Source: an uncultured Bacteroides sp.
Lineage (GTDB): Bacteria; Bacteroidota; Bacteroidia; Bacteroidales; Bacteroidaceae
Assembly (NCBI GenBank): GCA_900766195.1
Contig: CAAFUN010000147.1
Location: 1,693-65,692, forward strand
Length of the DNA stretch: 64,000 nucleotides
Direction: 5' to 3'
In this document: piece by piece, positions 49,936-58,603 of the stretch
Position numbering within the stretch: the first letter of the stretch is position 1
Layout: each line of letters opens with the position of its first letter
Notes under the pieces: model-generated
Told to the model about the DNA's origin: nothing
Seen by the model: only the letters and a program-made list of their open reading frames with translations
Databases searched by the model: none
Made by a program: the position numbers and the translations under genes

Positions 49936-50877
49936 ATGAAGCTAGCTGCACTACAACAAATCATGCTATCTACCTCTCCGTTGCTGATATCCGGCAATGG
50001 CTATACTCGTTATATGATGGAAGCTTTCCCTATTGTTAGGGACACGAGCACTCCGTCACTCTCACCTTATAAAGAGTTGGCACAAGTTGAAATGAAGGAA
50101 CTCATTAATCAGTATGCGCTTTCGGACATTCCGGAAGTATGCCTAACTGATGACTATGTATCAGAAGAACTTCCTTCCTGCTCAATAGCTTATTATCGTA
50201 TTTTTGGTTTTATCACTTCCGCTTGCCGGTGGTGGTTTAATAGCAAGCAACTGGAACTCGATCTGCTAGCTGCAGATAAGAATCCTCAAATAGCTTGTCA
50301 CTTTTTGCATATCAATTCTCCCGGTGGTGAAGCCTGGTACCTGGATCGTCTTAGCGAAACAATGCGCCAGCTACAGAAGCCTGTGTTCGCACTTATGGAA
50401 CAGGTATGCGCTTCAGCAGCCTATTATATAGGTTGCCATGCACAGAAAATTGCCGTATTAACACAAAACGATCAGATCGGCTGTATTGGCACGATGGCCA
50501 GCTTCGTCTCCTTTGAAGAGTATTACGCGAAACTCGGCATCAAACAAATTCAGGTACATGCAGATCAGTCCGATCTAAAAAATAAAAAGTTTGATGACCT
50601 GCTTGCCGGAAAACCCAAGCAATATATTCAAGACATGCTAAATCCGCTTGCCGCACAGTTCATACAAGAAGTGCGAGACATGCGGCCTAAAATAAAGCCA
50701 CTTCCTGATGATGCTCCGGTACTCCGTGGAGAAACATTCTCCAGTGCTGCAGCAATAGATCTCGGACTGGTAGATAGTATAATGACATTCCCCGAAGCTG
50801 TGCAAACCGCACTCAGCATGGCAAAGGATTATGATTCATTGGCTAACAATATGAAAAAGGCTCTCAAATTTATCTAA
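49936..50877 (+). CDS. S49-family (ClpP/SppA-like) prohead protease
   Basis: INSPGGE, CASAAYYIG, IGCIG, K in SDLKN, GETF...AIDLGLVDSI; directly upstream of the capsid gene. Confidence 0.9.
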   Translation: MKLAALQQIMLSTSPLLISGNGYTRYMMEAFPIVRDTSTPSLSPYKELAQVEMKELINQYALSDIPEVCLTDDYVSEELPSCSIAYYRIFGFITSACRWWFNSKQLELDLLAADKNPQIACHFLHINSPGGEAWYLDRLSETMRQLQKPVFALMEQVCASAAYYIGCHAQKIAVLTQNDQIGCIGTMASFVSFEEYYAKLGIKQIQVHADQSDLKNKKFDDLLAGKPKQYIQDMLNPLAAQFIQEVRDMRPKIKPLPDDAPVLRGETFSSAAAIDLGLVDSIMTFPEAVQTALSMAKDYDSLANNMKKALKFI

Positions 50878-50892
50878 TATAATTCACTCACT

Positions 50893-52980
50893 ATGAGAAA
50901 GAAATTTCAAAAACAATTTAAGGAAGTTCTCGCTGCGTTAGGCTTTTCCGATCGTGCAAAAAAACCGAAAGGAGATCCGGAAGCGTTAGCCGATAACGAC
51001 TGGAAAACTATCTCTGCCAAATACGAAGAGATGTTTAAAAGCGACTTCCTGGAAGATCTTAATTCGGCCAATGCTGAAGTAACCGTAAGCGAAGAGAATG
51101 TTAATTCCGCTTTGAACATTCTTAATAGCGCAATGGGTACTCCTAAAGCAACCGGAGAAGATACTCCTTCCGCTCAAGCAGATGGTGCATCAACCAACAA
51201 CAGCGGAGAAGGAGATGAAGGCGGTGCTACAAACACTGTAAAAACGCCTACTAATGCAGCCAACAGCGGAGAGCAATTGATCGTTGCAGCTCAAAAAATG
51301 GCTGAGGTATTTCAGAAAGTTACTGCTCAGGCCAACCCTGACAAACCTCAGGTTGCCATTGCCGGTGGCCCGGTAGCTGTTATTGGTATGGGAGATAAAT
51401 CTAAATACCTTTTCGGCATTGAAAACAGCATGTTCGACATGACTAAGAGATGGAATCAAGTTACAGCTAATCCTGTTGTTGCAACGTCTACTCCTTCTAC
51501 TGACGAACAAACTGCTGAGTTTTCCCGTGCCGTTGTTCAATTTGCCGGTTCGCTCCGTCAGCGTTATGCTTATCTGCATAGCAATAACCTACTGGGTGAT
51601 CCCAAGCGTTTGGCAGCCGGTGAGTTTAGTACCAATTATGATGGTATTGCTGATGCCAAGGTAGGCAATCAGTTTGTGATCCGCCGTCAGGATGCATTGA
51701 TAGCTCGCGTATTGCTTAAACGCGATGTTACTCAGTACTTCCCCGTTCGTTATGGCATCCAGGATCACGACCTTATCTTCAATGCTTTCTTCCAAGAAGT
51801 ATCTCAGGCTTATCAAATAGGAGAGATCTACAAAGGTGGAATGAAGATTGAGCCTGAAATGGGCTATGTAGACGATGCTATGATTAAGATGATCTTCGGC
51901 CCAATGAAGGAGATCGAGCGTATGTATATCGGCTATTTGAACAAAGAAGGTTCCGATCCAATCAAATGGGGAATGATCGAATTCTGCGTACTCAATTCTT
52001 TAGAGGCTGCACAAACCGAGCAAAATAAACGCCGCATTCGCGGTCTTTATGTTAAGCCCGAAGCTGGTGTTGCCGGATCTTATCTTACTGCCGGTACTGG
52101 GCTTCTTTACACACTTATCCGCTATTATCATGAATTGAAAATCAAACTCCATGAAGATAGCAGCTATAAAGCCTATACTGAAGCCAACATGCTTGATGCC
52201 GTTCAGGAGTTTTGCAGTGATGTAGTTTTATCTGTAACCGAAGATACTGACCTTGACAACCATGTGCTGTATCTTAACAGATTGCATCATCCCTGGTATA
52301 TTAAGAATATCCGTTCTAAGTATGGTAAAGACACCGACTTTAGCGGCCCTGACGGATTGTTAAACAAGGTTCCCGATACCAATATTAGTATTATCTGGTT
52401 GCCTTATCTATCTCCTAAAAGCTGCTTAATGTTCATGCAGGTTCCCGGAAATATCCAAATGCTAGAATTTGTGCCCGGTGAAATGCTCGGCATGAAGATG
52501 GAACAGCAAATGGAGATGGTACGCGGCTGGAGCACTTGGAAAGAAGGTTGTTCTGCCGGCTTCGTTGGCCGTAAGTTTGCTACCAAGGCTGCTTTAGATG
52601 CCAATGCTTATGAATGGCAGCAAATCTTTATGAATAAGCCATCCGTAGCCCTTGCTGCTGATGCTACAACCGTAAATGCAGCTGATGGTTTCTGGTTTGA
52701 GACAATAGCCAATACGGCGGCTACTGCTCTTACTGATATCACCGGAGCTAAAGTTGGAGTAGCTTACCTTATAGAGTGTGGATCTGCAACCAATGCAACC
52801 CGCATTGCTAAATCCGGTAAATTCTCTAAAATATCCGAAGCTTATACTCCTACAGCAGTAGGTGATTATATCATGGTTATTTTGGATTCCACAGGCAATT
52901 TCTTGGAATTGGAACGCTGTGTAGGTGGTACTCGTACCCTCAACGCGGCTCTTCAACCCAACATACCGGGCGTACGTTGA
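50893..52980 (+). CDS. Probable major capsid protein with N-terminal scaffold-like region and C-terminal beta domain
   Basis: 695 aa, follows the prohead protease; low-complexity acidic N-terminal linker; followed by a terminator. Assigned by synteny. Confidence 0.72.
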   Translation: MRKKFQKQFKEVLAALGFSDRAKKPKGDPEALADNDWKTISAKYEEMFKSDFLEDLNSANAEVTVSEENVNSALNILNSAMGTPKATGEDTPSAQADGASTNNSGEGDEGGATNTVKTPTNAANSGEQLIVAAQKMAEVFQKVTAQANPDKPQVAIAGGPVAVIGMGDKSKYLFGIENSMFDMTKRWNQVTANPVVATSTPSTDEQTAEFSRAVVQFAGSLRQRYAYLHSNNLLGDPKRLAAGEFSTNYDGIADAKVGNQFVIRRQDALIARVLLKRDVTQYFPVRYGIQDHDLIFNAFFQEVSQAYQIGEIYKGGMKIEPEMGYVDDAMIKMIFGPMKEIERMYIGYLNKEGSDPIKWGMIEFCVLNSLEAAQTEQNKRRIRGLYVKPEAGVAGSYLTAGTGLLYTLIRYYHELKIKLHEDSSYKAYTEANMLDAVQEFCSDVVLSVTEDTDLDNHVLYLNRLHHPWYIKNIRSKYGKDTDFSGPDGLLNKVPDTNISIIWLPYLSPKSCLMFMQVPGNIQMLEFVPGEMLGMKMEQQMEMVRGWSTWKEGCSAGFVGRKFATKAALDANAYEWQQIFMNKPSVALAADATTVNAADGFWFETIANTAATALTDITGAKVGVAYLIECGSATNATRIAKSGKFSKISEAYTPTAVGDYIMVILDSTGNFLELERCVGGTRTLNAALQPNIPGVR

Positions 52981-53016
52981 TCCGTTTTTTCATTTTCATA
53001 GGTTTAGTTTAAATCC

Positions 53017-53047
53017 AGGGGCCGGGTATATTGCCCTGCCCCTTTTT
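53017..53047 (+). terminator. Terminator after the capsid gene
   Basis: aggggc...gcccct GC-rich stem plus T run. Confidence 0.7.
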
Positions 53048-53071
53048 AATTCATTTTAAAACGATTTTTTT

Positions 53072-54067
53072 ATGAAAGCAAAAAAAATAAGTAACCCTTT
53101 TAAGAAGGGAAACCGTTATGCAAACAGCAAAGGAAAACAGTTTCTGCTGTCTATCCTTACTTTGTTCGCCGTTGTCTTTACCATCTTTTTGGTGCAAGAA
53201 GCCAGTGTTGCCTTAATGGGCGGACTTGGTACCACACTCTTTGCCTCAATGGCCATCATCGGCAATATTGATGATGTTTCCGATCGTTACACTAGTGGCA
53301 ATGATATTGCCTATCAGGTATATCTTATCAATCGAAAACAGATAGATCCTTCCGTTGCTTTTCCGAGGGCAAACGCCAACAGAGAGGTAGGCACAGTACC
53401 AATGTTGGATGGCGAATACATGCACTATTTTGAATCGCATACCAAGCCTACGTATGTGGGTACAGGCGAGAAAGGAGATGTAACAACAACCGGCACAAAT
53501 ACCGTCTCCTGGATTATGGGAGGAAACCGCATTAACTTACTCAATTTTATTGAAGAGTTTGCCGGAGATAAGTTTGTCCTCATATTTAAGGAGATGAGTT
53601 CCGGGCAGTGGTTTATTATAGGAAGCTATGATGATCCAATGGTATTGAGCAACTATGAGAATAAGCACGATGCCGATGGCCGTTATATCACCTTTACATT
53701 TACACGTAGTTCTATTTTCCAACCGTTTATTTATGCAGGTAGCATCGTTACCGTTGCACCTGGCACACATACTGCAGGTGCAACAGCTTTGGCTATTGGC
53801 AAAGGAGTAGATCAATACGGCATCCCTGGTGGAAGTGCAGCTACTTATGCCATTGCTACTGTAAGCGGGCTGACGGCAAACGATAAAGGCCGTTACATTA
53901 CGCTTATCGGTAAAGGAGTGACCAACGCTGCAACTATAGCAGATAATGCAACCTTCGTTCTCGAGGATGGTGCCACATGGACGGCCAGTGTAGGCAGTCG
54001 TATCACTTTCCGCGTAATGGATACCTCTACTCTGGTGGAAGTTCCCGGAAGCCGAGAACAAGCCTAG
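53072..54067 (+). CDS. Putative major tail (tube) protein with hydrophobic N-terminal leader
   Basis: Beta-rich body ending in an ITFTF strand; followed by a frameshift gene pair as tail tube genes usually are; residues 24-60 are hydrophobic. Confidence 0.5.
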   Translation: MKAKKISNPFKKGNRYANSKGKQFLLSILTLFAVVFTIFLVQEASVALMGGLGTTLFASMAIIGNIDDVSDRYTSGNDIAYQVYLINRKQIDPSVAFPRANANREVGTVPMLDGEYMHYFESHTKPTYVGTGEKGDVTTTGTNTVSWIMGGNRINLLNFIEEFAGDKFVLIFKEMSSGQWFIIGSYDDPMVLSNYENKHDADGRYITFTFTRSSIFQPFIYAGSIVTVAPGTHTAGATALAIGKGVDQYGIPGGSAATYAIATVSGLTANDKGRYITLIGKGVTNAATIADNATFVLEDGATWTASVGSRITFRVMDTSTLVEVPGSREQA

Positions 54068-54112
54068 TATCAACCGGCAGGGGAGCTGATCCCCTGCCTA
54101 ACACCTATTGAT

Positions 54113-54829
54113 ATGTCATATAGCTATAAAGAAAAACAAAAGCATTTCAATGACCTTCGCGAATGCCAGGAGCACGTCCAGGCTGATATTGAATTGCTTG
54201 AAAAGAAGTCTCCGGCACACCCTCAGCTAACTTCGTACAAGCGTGCTCCGGAAAGAAAACTCAACGAGGTTTTGTATGAGTTGCTAGACTTTGCCACTCG
54301 CGAAGAAATAGTTGCTAACAGAAGATCATACAAGTCTCCCGAACAGCTTGCTACTGAAGAAGAAGCTGCACGTCTTGCTGCTGAAGAAGCTGAGAAGAAA
54401 GCTGCTGAAGAAGCTGCCCGTCTTGCCGCTGAAGAAGCTGAGAAGAAAGCTGCTGAAGAAGCTGCACGTCTTGCTGCTGAAGAAGCTGAGAAGAAAGCCG
54501 CTGAAGAAGCTGCCCGTCTTGCCGCTGAAGAAGCTGCTGAAGAAGCTGCACGTCTTGCTGCTGAAGAAGCTGAGAAGAAAGCCGCTGAAGAAGCTGCCCG
54601 TCTTGCTGCTGAAGAAGCTGAGAAGCATGAGAGCTTACAAGAGGAGCATGAAACTCTGAAAGAAGAGCACGAAGCCTTACAAGAAGAAAACGAGGACTTG
54701 CAAGCTGAAAACGAAGAACTTCAGGAGCAAACTGAGGCCTTGCAGGAAAAACTTGCTGAAGAGAAAAAAAAAGAGCCGGTGAAAGCAGGGGCCAAAGCAA
54801 GCGGAAAGAAGAAGAGTACCCCCAAATAA
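54113..54829 (+). CDS. Putative tail assembly chaperone (gpG-like) with E/A/K/R helical repeat
   Basis: Slippery A9 run at 54764-54772 near its 3' end; 16-aa repeats EEAARLAAEEAEKKAA. Confidence 0.6.
   Translation: MSYSYKEKQKHFNDLRECQEHVQADIELLEKKSPAHPQLTSYKRAPERKLNEVLYELLDFATREEIVANRRSYKSPEQLATEEEAARLAAEEAEKKAAEEAARLAAEEAEKKAAEEAARLAAEEAEKKAAEEAARLAAEEAAEEAARLAAEEAEKKAAEEAARLAAEEAEKHESLQEEHETLKEEHEALQEENEDLQAENEELQEQTEALQEKLAEEKKKEPVKAGAKASGKKKSTPK
54357..54624 (+). repeat. Intragenic 48-bp tandem repeat (about 5.5 copies)
   Basis: Near-identical units gaagaagctgc(a/c)cgtcttgc(t/c)gctgaagaagctgagaagaaagc(t/c)gct; one unit is shortened by 12 nt. Confidence 0.9.
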
Positions 54830-55287
54830 AGTGGGATAATCTAGATAATGCGGACGTGCAAACTGCTACGATCATCTACAATGATCGTATCTATACACAC
54901 CGCAAAATGTTGCAGCTCGACGAAGTGCTCGATGCAGAACCTACCGAACTGGATGTCAAAGAAATGGCAGAACTCCGTATCCGTAACCTGCTCGCCTTTG
55001 ATGAGCTGCAATCGTTTAACGACAATGCTTTCTTTCTTTATAAACATCCTCTTATAAAGAATAACTCAGAGCGGATGGAGCTTGAAGCCCTGCTTCGTAG
55101 CAATCCGGATGAGTTCCTGCGGAAGCACCGTTGTGCCCTGGACAATGTAAGACGCTATGAAGCCTATATACGAAAAGCTGATCGAAAGAAAAAGCGAGCT
55201 TCAGACCGACTCTTGCTAGAGAAACACCGCGAACGTGCGGCTATATTCAAAACCATTTTAGAATCAAAAATGAATCAAAATGAATAA
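54772..55287 (+). CDS. -1 frame extension (gpT-like) of the 54113 gene
   Basis: The -1 frame is open from 54760 (after TGA 54757-54759) to 55287 and reads RAGESRGQSKRKEEEYPQIKWDNLDNADVQTATII...; it has only a weak GTG start at 54856. Confidence 0.7.
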   Translation, partial: RAGESRGQSKRKEEEYPQIKWDNLDNADVQTATIIYNDRIYTHRKMLQLDEVLDAEPTELDVKEMAELRIRNLLAFDELQSFNDNAFFLYKHPLIKNNSERMELEALLRSNPDEFLRKHRCALDNVRRYEAYIRKADRKKKRASDRLLLEKHRERAAIFKTILESKMNQNE

Positions 55288-55612
55288 ACCTATCTCACAA
55301 TCAGATATCCTTCCTGATATCTACATAGATGACGTAAGACGCTATGCCGCTTCAGGCATGACTCCCGATCGAATAGCCTCGTTGCTTGAGTTTACAGGAC
55401 TTGCTCGCACGCTGTTCCTTGAGCGAGTAAGCAATCCGGCCGATGTTTATTATCAATGCTTTCACCGCGGACAGACCGACCGCAACTATGCCATCATGGA
55501 AAAGCTTCAAGGAAAAGCAGAAAGCGGAGATATGGAAGCAATAAAAACATTCTCCGAGGCTCAACAGGACATGACCTCTCTTGATTTAAGACATAAACTA
55601 TTTGGCGTATGA
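55280..55612 (+). CDS. Small HTH protein, terminase small subunit-like
   Basis: GMTPDRIASLL HTH and KAESGDMEAIK motif; upstream of terL. Confidence 0.55.
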   Translation: MNKPISQSDILPDIYIDDVRRYAASGMTPDRIASLLEFTGLARTLFLERVSNPADVYYQCFHRGQTDRNYAIMEKLQGKAESGDMEAIKTFSEAQQDMTSLDLRHKLFGV

Positions 55613-56250
55613 CCGATCTTGAAAAAGTTGAAAAGATACATCCCGACCTCATCGCTGCCTATCTTAATAACGGCAAGTGTGACGGCATACCCAAGGACAT
55701 ACAAGCGTTCTTGAGTCAACTGGGATGGGCAGCTGAGATATACGAATATGAGCGGAACATCAGCCGTGCGGCGCGTACACTTCGCAAACGTATTGCTGCT
55801 ACACAGCAGATATCGCTCGATGTTCGCACTTGCCAGGCACGGATCTACTCTGCCATCAACTATTTCAATATCGACAACAACGTCTCCCTGCAGATATGGG
55901 AAAGCGACTATGCCAACAAATTTGAGGACATAGCCAAATATTCCATATCAATAAACGATCCTAAAACGGCACTCAAAGCCATGGAGCGTGCACGCGAATG
56001 TCGCAACCGCGCGGCTGCCGTGGCAGAGTCAGCTCGTGACCTGGGCATCGTCTTCCTGATAGATCCTAAGATTCGTCCGGAAGACATGGGATATGAAAGC
56101 AAGTCTCTCAAGGAGATTGCCATGAAGAGTAATGAAGGCTTCTACGTTAAACTAATCAACGAACTTAAAATAGATTCGGCCGAAAAGAAGCGTCTGCTTC
56201 GTGATGCGGATATTCAGGAAGCCGAATTTGAAGAACTAAACGAAGAGTGA
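55609..56250 (+). CDS. Phage helical protein coupled to terL (possible packaging subunit)
   Basis: Overlaps both neighbours by 4 nt; ends DADIQEAEFEEL. Confidence 0.6.
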   Translation: MTDLEKVEKIHPDLIAAYLNNGKCDGIPKDIQAFLSQLGWAAEIYEYERNISRAARTLRKRIAATQQISLDVRTCQARIYSAINYFNIDNNVSLQIWESDYANKFEDIAKYSISINDPKTALKAMERARECRNRAAAVAESARDLGIVFLIDPKIRPEDMGYESKSLKEIAMKSNEGFYVKLINELKIDSAEKKRLLRDADIQEAEFEELNEE

Positions 56251-58004
56251 TGAATGAACCCTTAGACCCTTCCGAAAGCTTTGAACGCTACTACATGAAT
56301 AGCATTCAGACCGTGGCCAACATCATCGATCCTAATGCTGTTTTTGCAGAGCTGGGGCGTGGTACCGGAAAGACAGAAGGTATCATGACTCCGCGAATAT
56401 TGCGCGTGGCCAACGCCATGCCTGGTGAGCTGGCTTACCTGGTGCATAAAACGTTTGTTGCGCTGATCACCAACGTGTGGCCCAACATTCAGGTTTCCTT
56501 CAGCCGTAATGTAATGGTAAACGGCAAGGTGCGGCCAATCATGGAGTATGGTGTGGATTACATTGTGGGCGAAGGAAAGATACCTAATCACTTCCGCCGT
56601 CCGCGATATCCCATTACCGACCCTAAACATAGCATTCTCTTCAGGGACGGTTTCCACCTGAAGCTTGTTAGTTCAGATCAGCCGGAGTCTGTAGCCGGTG
56701 GTAATGCGGTTCATGCTTTCATCGAAGAAATGAAGCACAACAAAGGCGAGAAGCTAAAGAGCCGGCTCTTCCCTACCCTACGCGGTGGTTCGGCCGAAAT
56801 ACGAAAGTGCTTCTATTACCAGGGCATCACTGCTGTGAGTGATACAGCACGCGTAGATTTGGGTGAAGATGACTGGTTTGAGAGCTACGAAAAGAATGCC
56901 AATCCGGAACTGGAAGCCGAGATCATGACCGTGGCACTCCATCTTAATGCAGCCCTATACAAAAAGTACTTGATACAGGATCAGCAGAGAAACATCGTTA
57001 ACCCGGTAGAGCTTGAACGCATGCGCCTGGAGCTGCAACGCTGTGAGAGGATTATAAAGACGTGGACTCCACGCCTGGCAGACATGCGGCGTAACTGCAC
57101 CGTCTATCTACGTGCCAGCTCTTTCTGCAACAAAGACATCTTAGGCCCTAAATACTTCAAGACTCAGCTTGAGACGCTCGATATTGATGAATTCCTTTCT
57201 TCCATCTGTTCCATTCGCCACAAAGCAGTAGTGAACCGCTTCTTTGCCAATTACGACAAAGCCAAGCATCAATACTCCGATGGCTACAGGTACTCTTCCA
57301 TACTGAAGCTCGATCTGAAGGATAAGTTTATCCTCACAGCCCGGTACCTAAAACACTACAATCCGCATGATGAACTGCTTGTGGGTTATGACCCTGGACA
57401 CTTCAGCTCCATGGTTGTAGCTCAAGAGTCCGACTACGGCCGACGAATGCGTGCGCACAAAGAATTTTGGGCGTGCTATCCGGATGAACAACCGGAGCTG
57501 GCACGACAGTTTTACGAATACTTTGGCGGTGATGCCGTAAACAAGCGGATCATCCTTTATCCGGACCGCGCCGGAAACAAATCTCGTGAAGAGCTTGAAC
57601 AGATCACTACAGACAGCCGGCTGATGAAGCGCGAGCTGGAGAGCTACGGCTTTGAAGTGCAGCTCATGAACGAAGGACAGGCTACTGTGTACCACTGGCA
57701 GCAATTCAAACTATTGCTGCTTATTTTCGGAGGCCGTAGCAATGCCTTGCCGGAAGTTCTGGTAGATGAGAACGAATGTCCGTCACTCTGTTCGGCCATT
57801 CAGCTCTCACCGCTCAAGAAAACCGAAGGAAAGATAGAACTTGACAAGTCCAGCGAAAAGAAAGTGCCGTTGCACAAGCAAGCAGCACTCACCACGCAGC
57901 TGCCTAGTGCGTTTATTTACCTGCTTTGGGGACGCTACGGCGAGAAAGTTTTGAGCGATTTGTCTTCTATCCCGGACAATCTGCCGGACAATATCTATGT
58001 ATAA
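56247..58004 (+). CDS. terL: Terminase large subunit
   Basis: Walker A GRGTGKT, Walker B AFIEE, RNase H-like nuclease motifs VGYDPG and LYPDRAG. Confidence 0.88.
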   Translation: MMNEPLDPSESFERYYMNSIQTVANIIDPNAVFAELGRGTGKTEGIMTPRILRVANAMPGELAYLVHKTFVALITNVWPNIQVSFSRNVMVNGKVRPIMEYGVDYIVGEGKIPNHFRRPRYPITDPKHSILFRDGFHLKLVSSDQPESVAGGNAVHAFIEEMKHNKGEKLKSRLFPTLRGGSAEIRKCFYYQGITAVSDTARVDLGEDDWFESYEKNANPELEAEIMTVALHLNAALYKKYLIQDQQRNIVNPVELERMRLELQRCERIIKTWTPRLADMRRNCTVYLRASSFCNKDILGPKYFKTQLETLDIDEFLSSICSIRHKAVVNRFFANYDKAKHQYSDGYRYSSILKLDLKDKFILTARYLKHYNPHDELLVGYDPGHFSSMVVAQESDYGRRMRAHKEFWACYPDEQPELARQFYEYFGGDAVNKRIILYPDRAGNKSREELEQITTDSRLMKRELESYGFEVQLMNEGQATVYHWQQFKLLLLIFGGRSNALPEVLVDENECPSLCSAIQLSPLKKTEGKIELDKSSEKKVPLHKQAALTTQLPSAFIYLLWGRYGEKVLSDLSSIPDNLPDNIYV

Positions 58005-58236
58005 CGATCTGTTTTCATAGAATAACTCACGCAAAAAGCACAATAATAGGTGGTAGTTGGAAACAACCTACCCTGTAAACGGCGGAACGTCAAGCGATTG
58101 ACCCTTCCAAATTAAAACGAAAAAATCCGCTCACGGAACCGCCTGCCCGCACCGCTGGGAGTTCGATCTGCGCGGTACCTTCTTCGGAAAGCAGGGAAAT
58201 ATGACAGAACAGTGGTGCAAAATAATTACAGACTTT

Positions 58237-58272
58237 CGTCCTTTCGTGTGCGCAATGAAACTCCGATCTTCG
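58237..58272 (+). promoter_or_regulatory. Putative late promoter 2 (CGTCCTT-N21-GATCTTCG)
   Basis: Same 7-mer and spacing as 49885; degenerate -7 box ends 4 nt before ATG 58277. Confidence 0.6.
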
Positions 58273-58276
58273 AAGT

Positions 58277-58603
58277 ATGGAAGCAATGACAGGCATAGAG
58301 GCAATGCAATGGGCCAGGGAGATAAGCAAGGTGCCTGAAGGAACCTTTACCCTAGCCTATTACCCCTACTCACGCAAGCGCAATGAGGCAAGCCCGGAGC
58401 TTAAGGTAGTAGAGGGTTGCAAGTGGCGCACGCAACTGCCTAAAGAACTCTTTGATATAGATGGAGAGAATCTTCTGCTCTATACCAATGCAGCCGGCGA
58501 ACCTAAGATGTGCTACCGCATCCTTATCCGCTATATGGGCTTTCCTAATGACGGATATAAGCTGCATAAGATTGACTGGTTAAGAAGTAAACATAAGCTA
58601 TGA
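58277..58603 (+). CDS. Phage hypothetical protein
   Basis: First gene of the second late operon; ATGA-coupled to the portal gene. Confidence 0.7.
   Translation: MEAMTGIEAMQWAREISKVPEGTFTLAYYPYSRKRNEASPELKVVEGCKWRTQLPKELFDIDGENLLLYTNAAGEPKMCYRILIRYMGFPNDGYKLHKIDWLRSKHKL

Noticed and set aside
54312..54875. Leu/Lys-, Ser/Phe- and Gln-rich alternative-frame ORFs
   Set aside because: Shadows of the 48-bp coding repeat.
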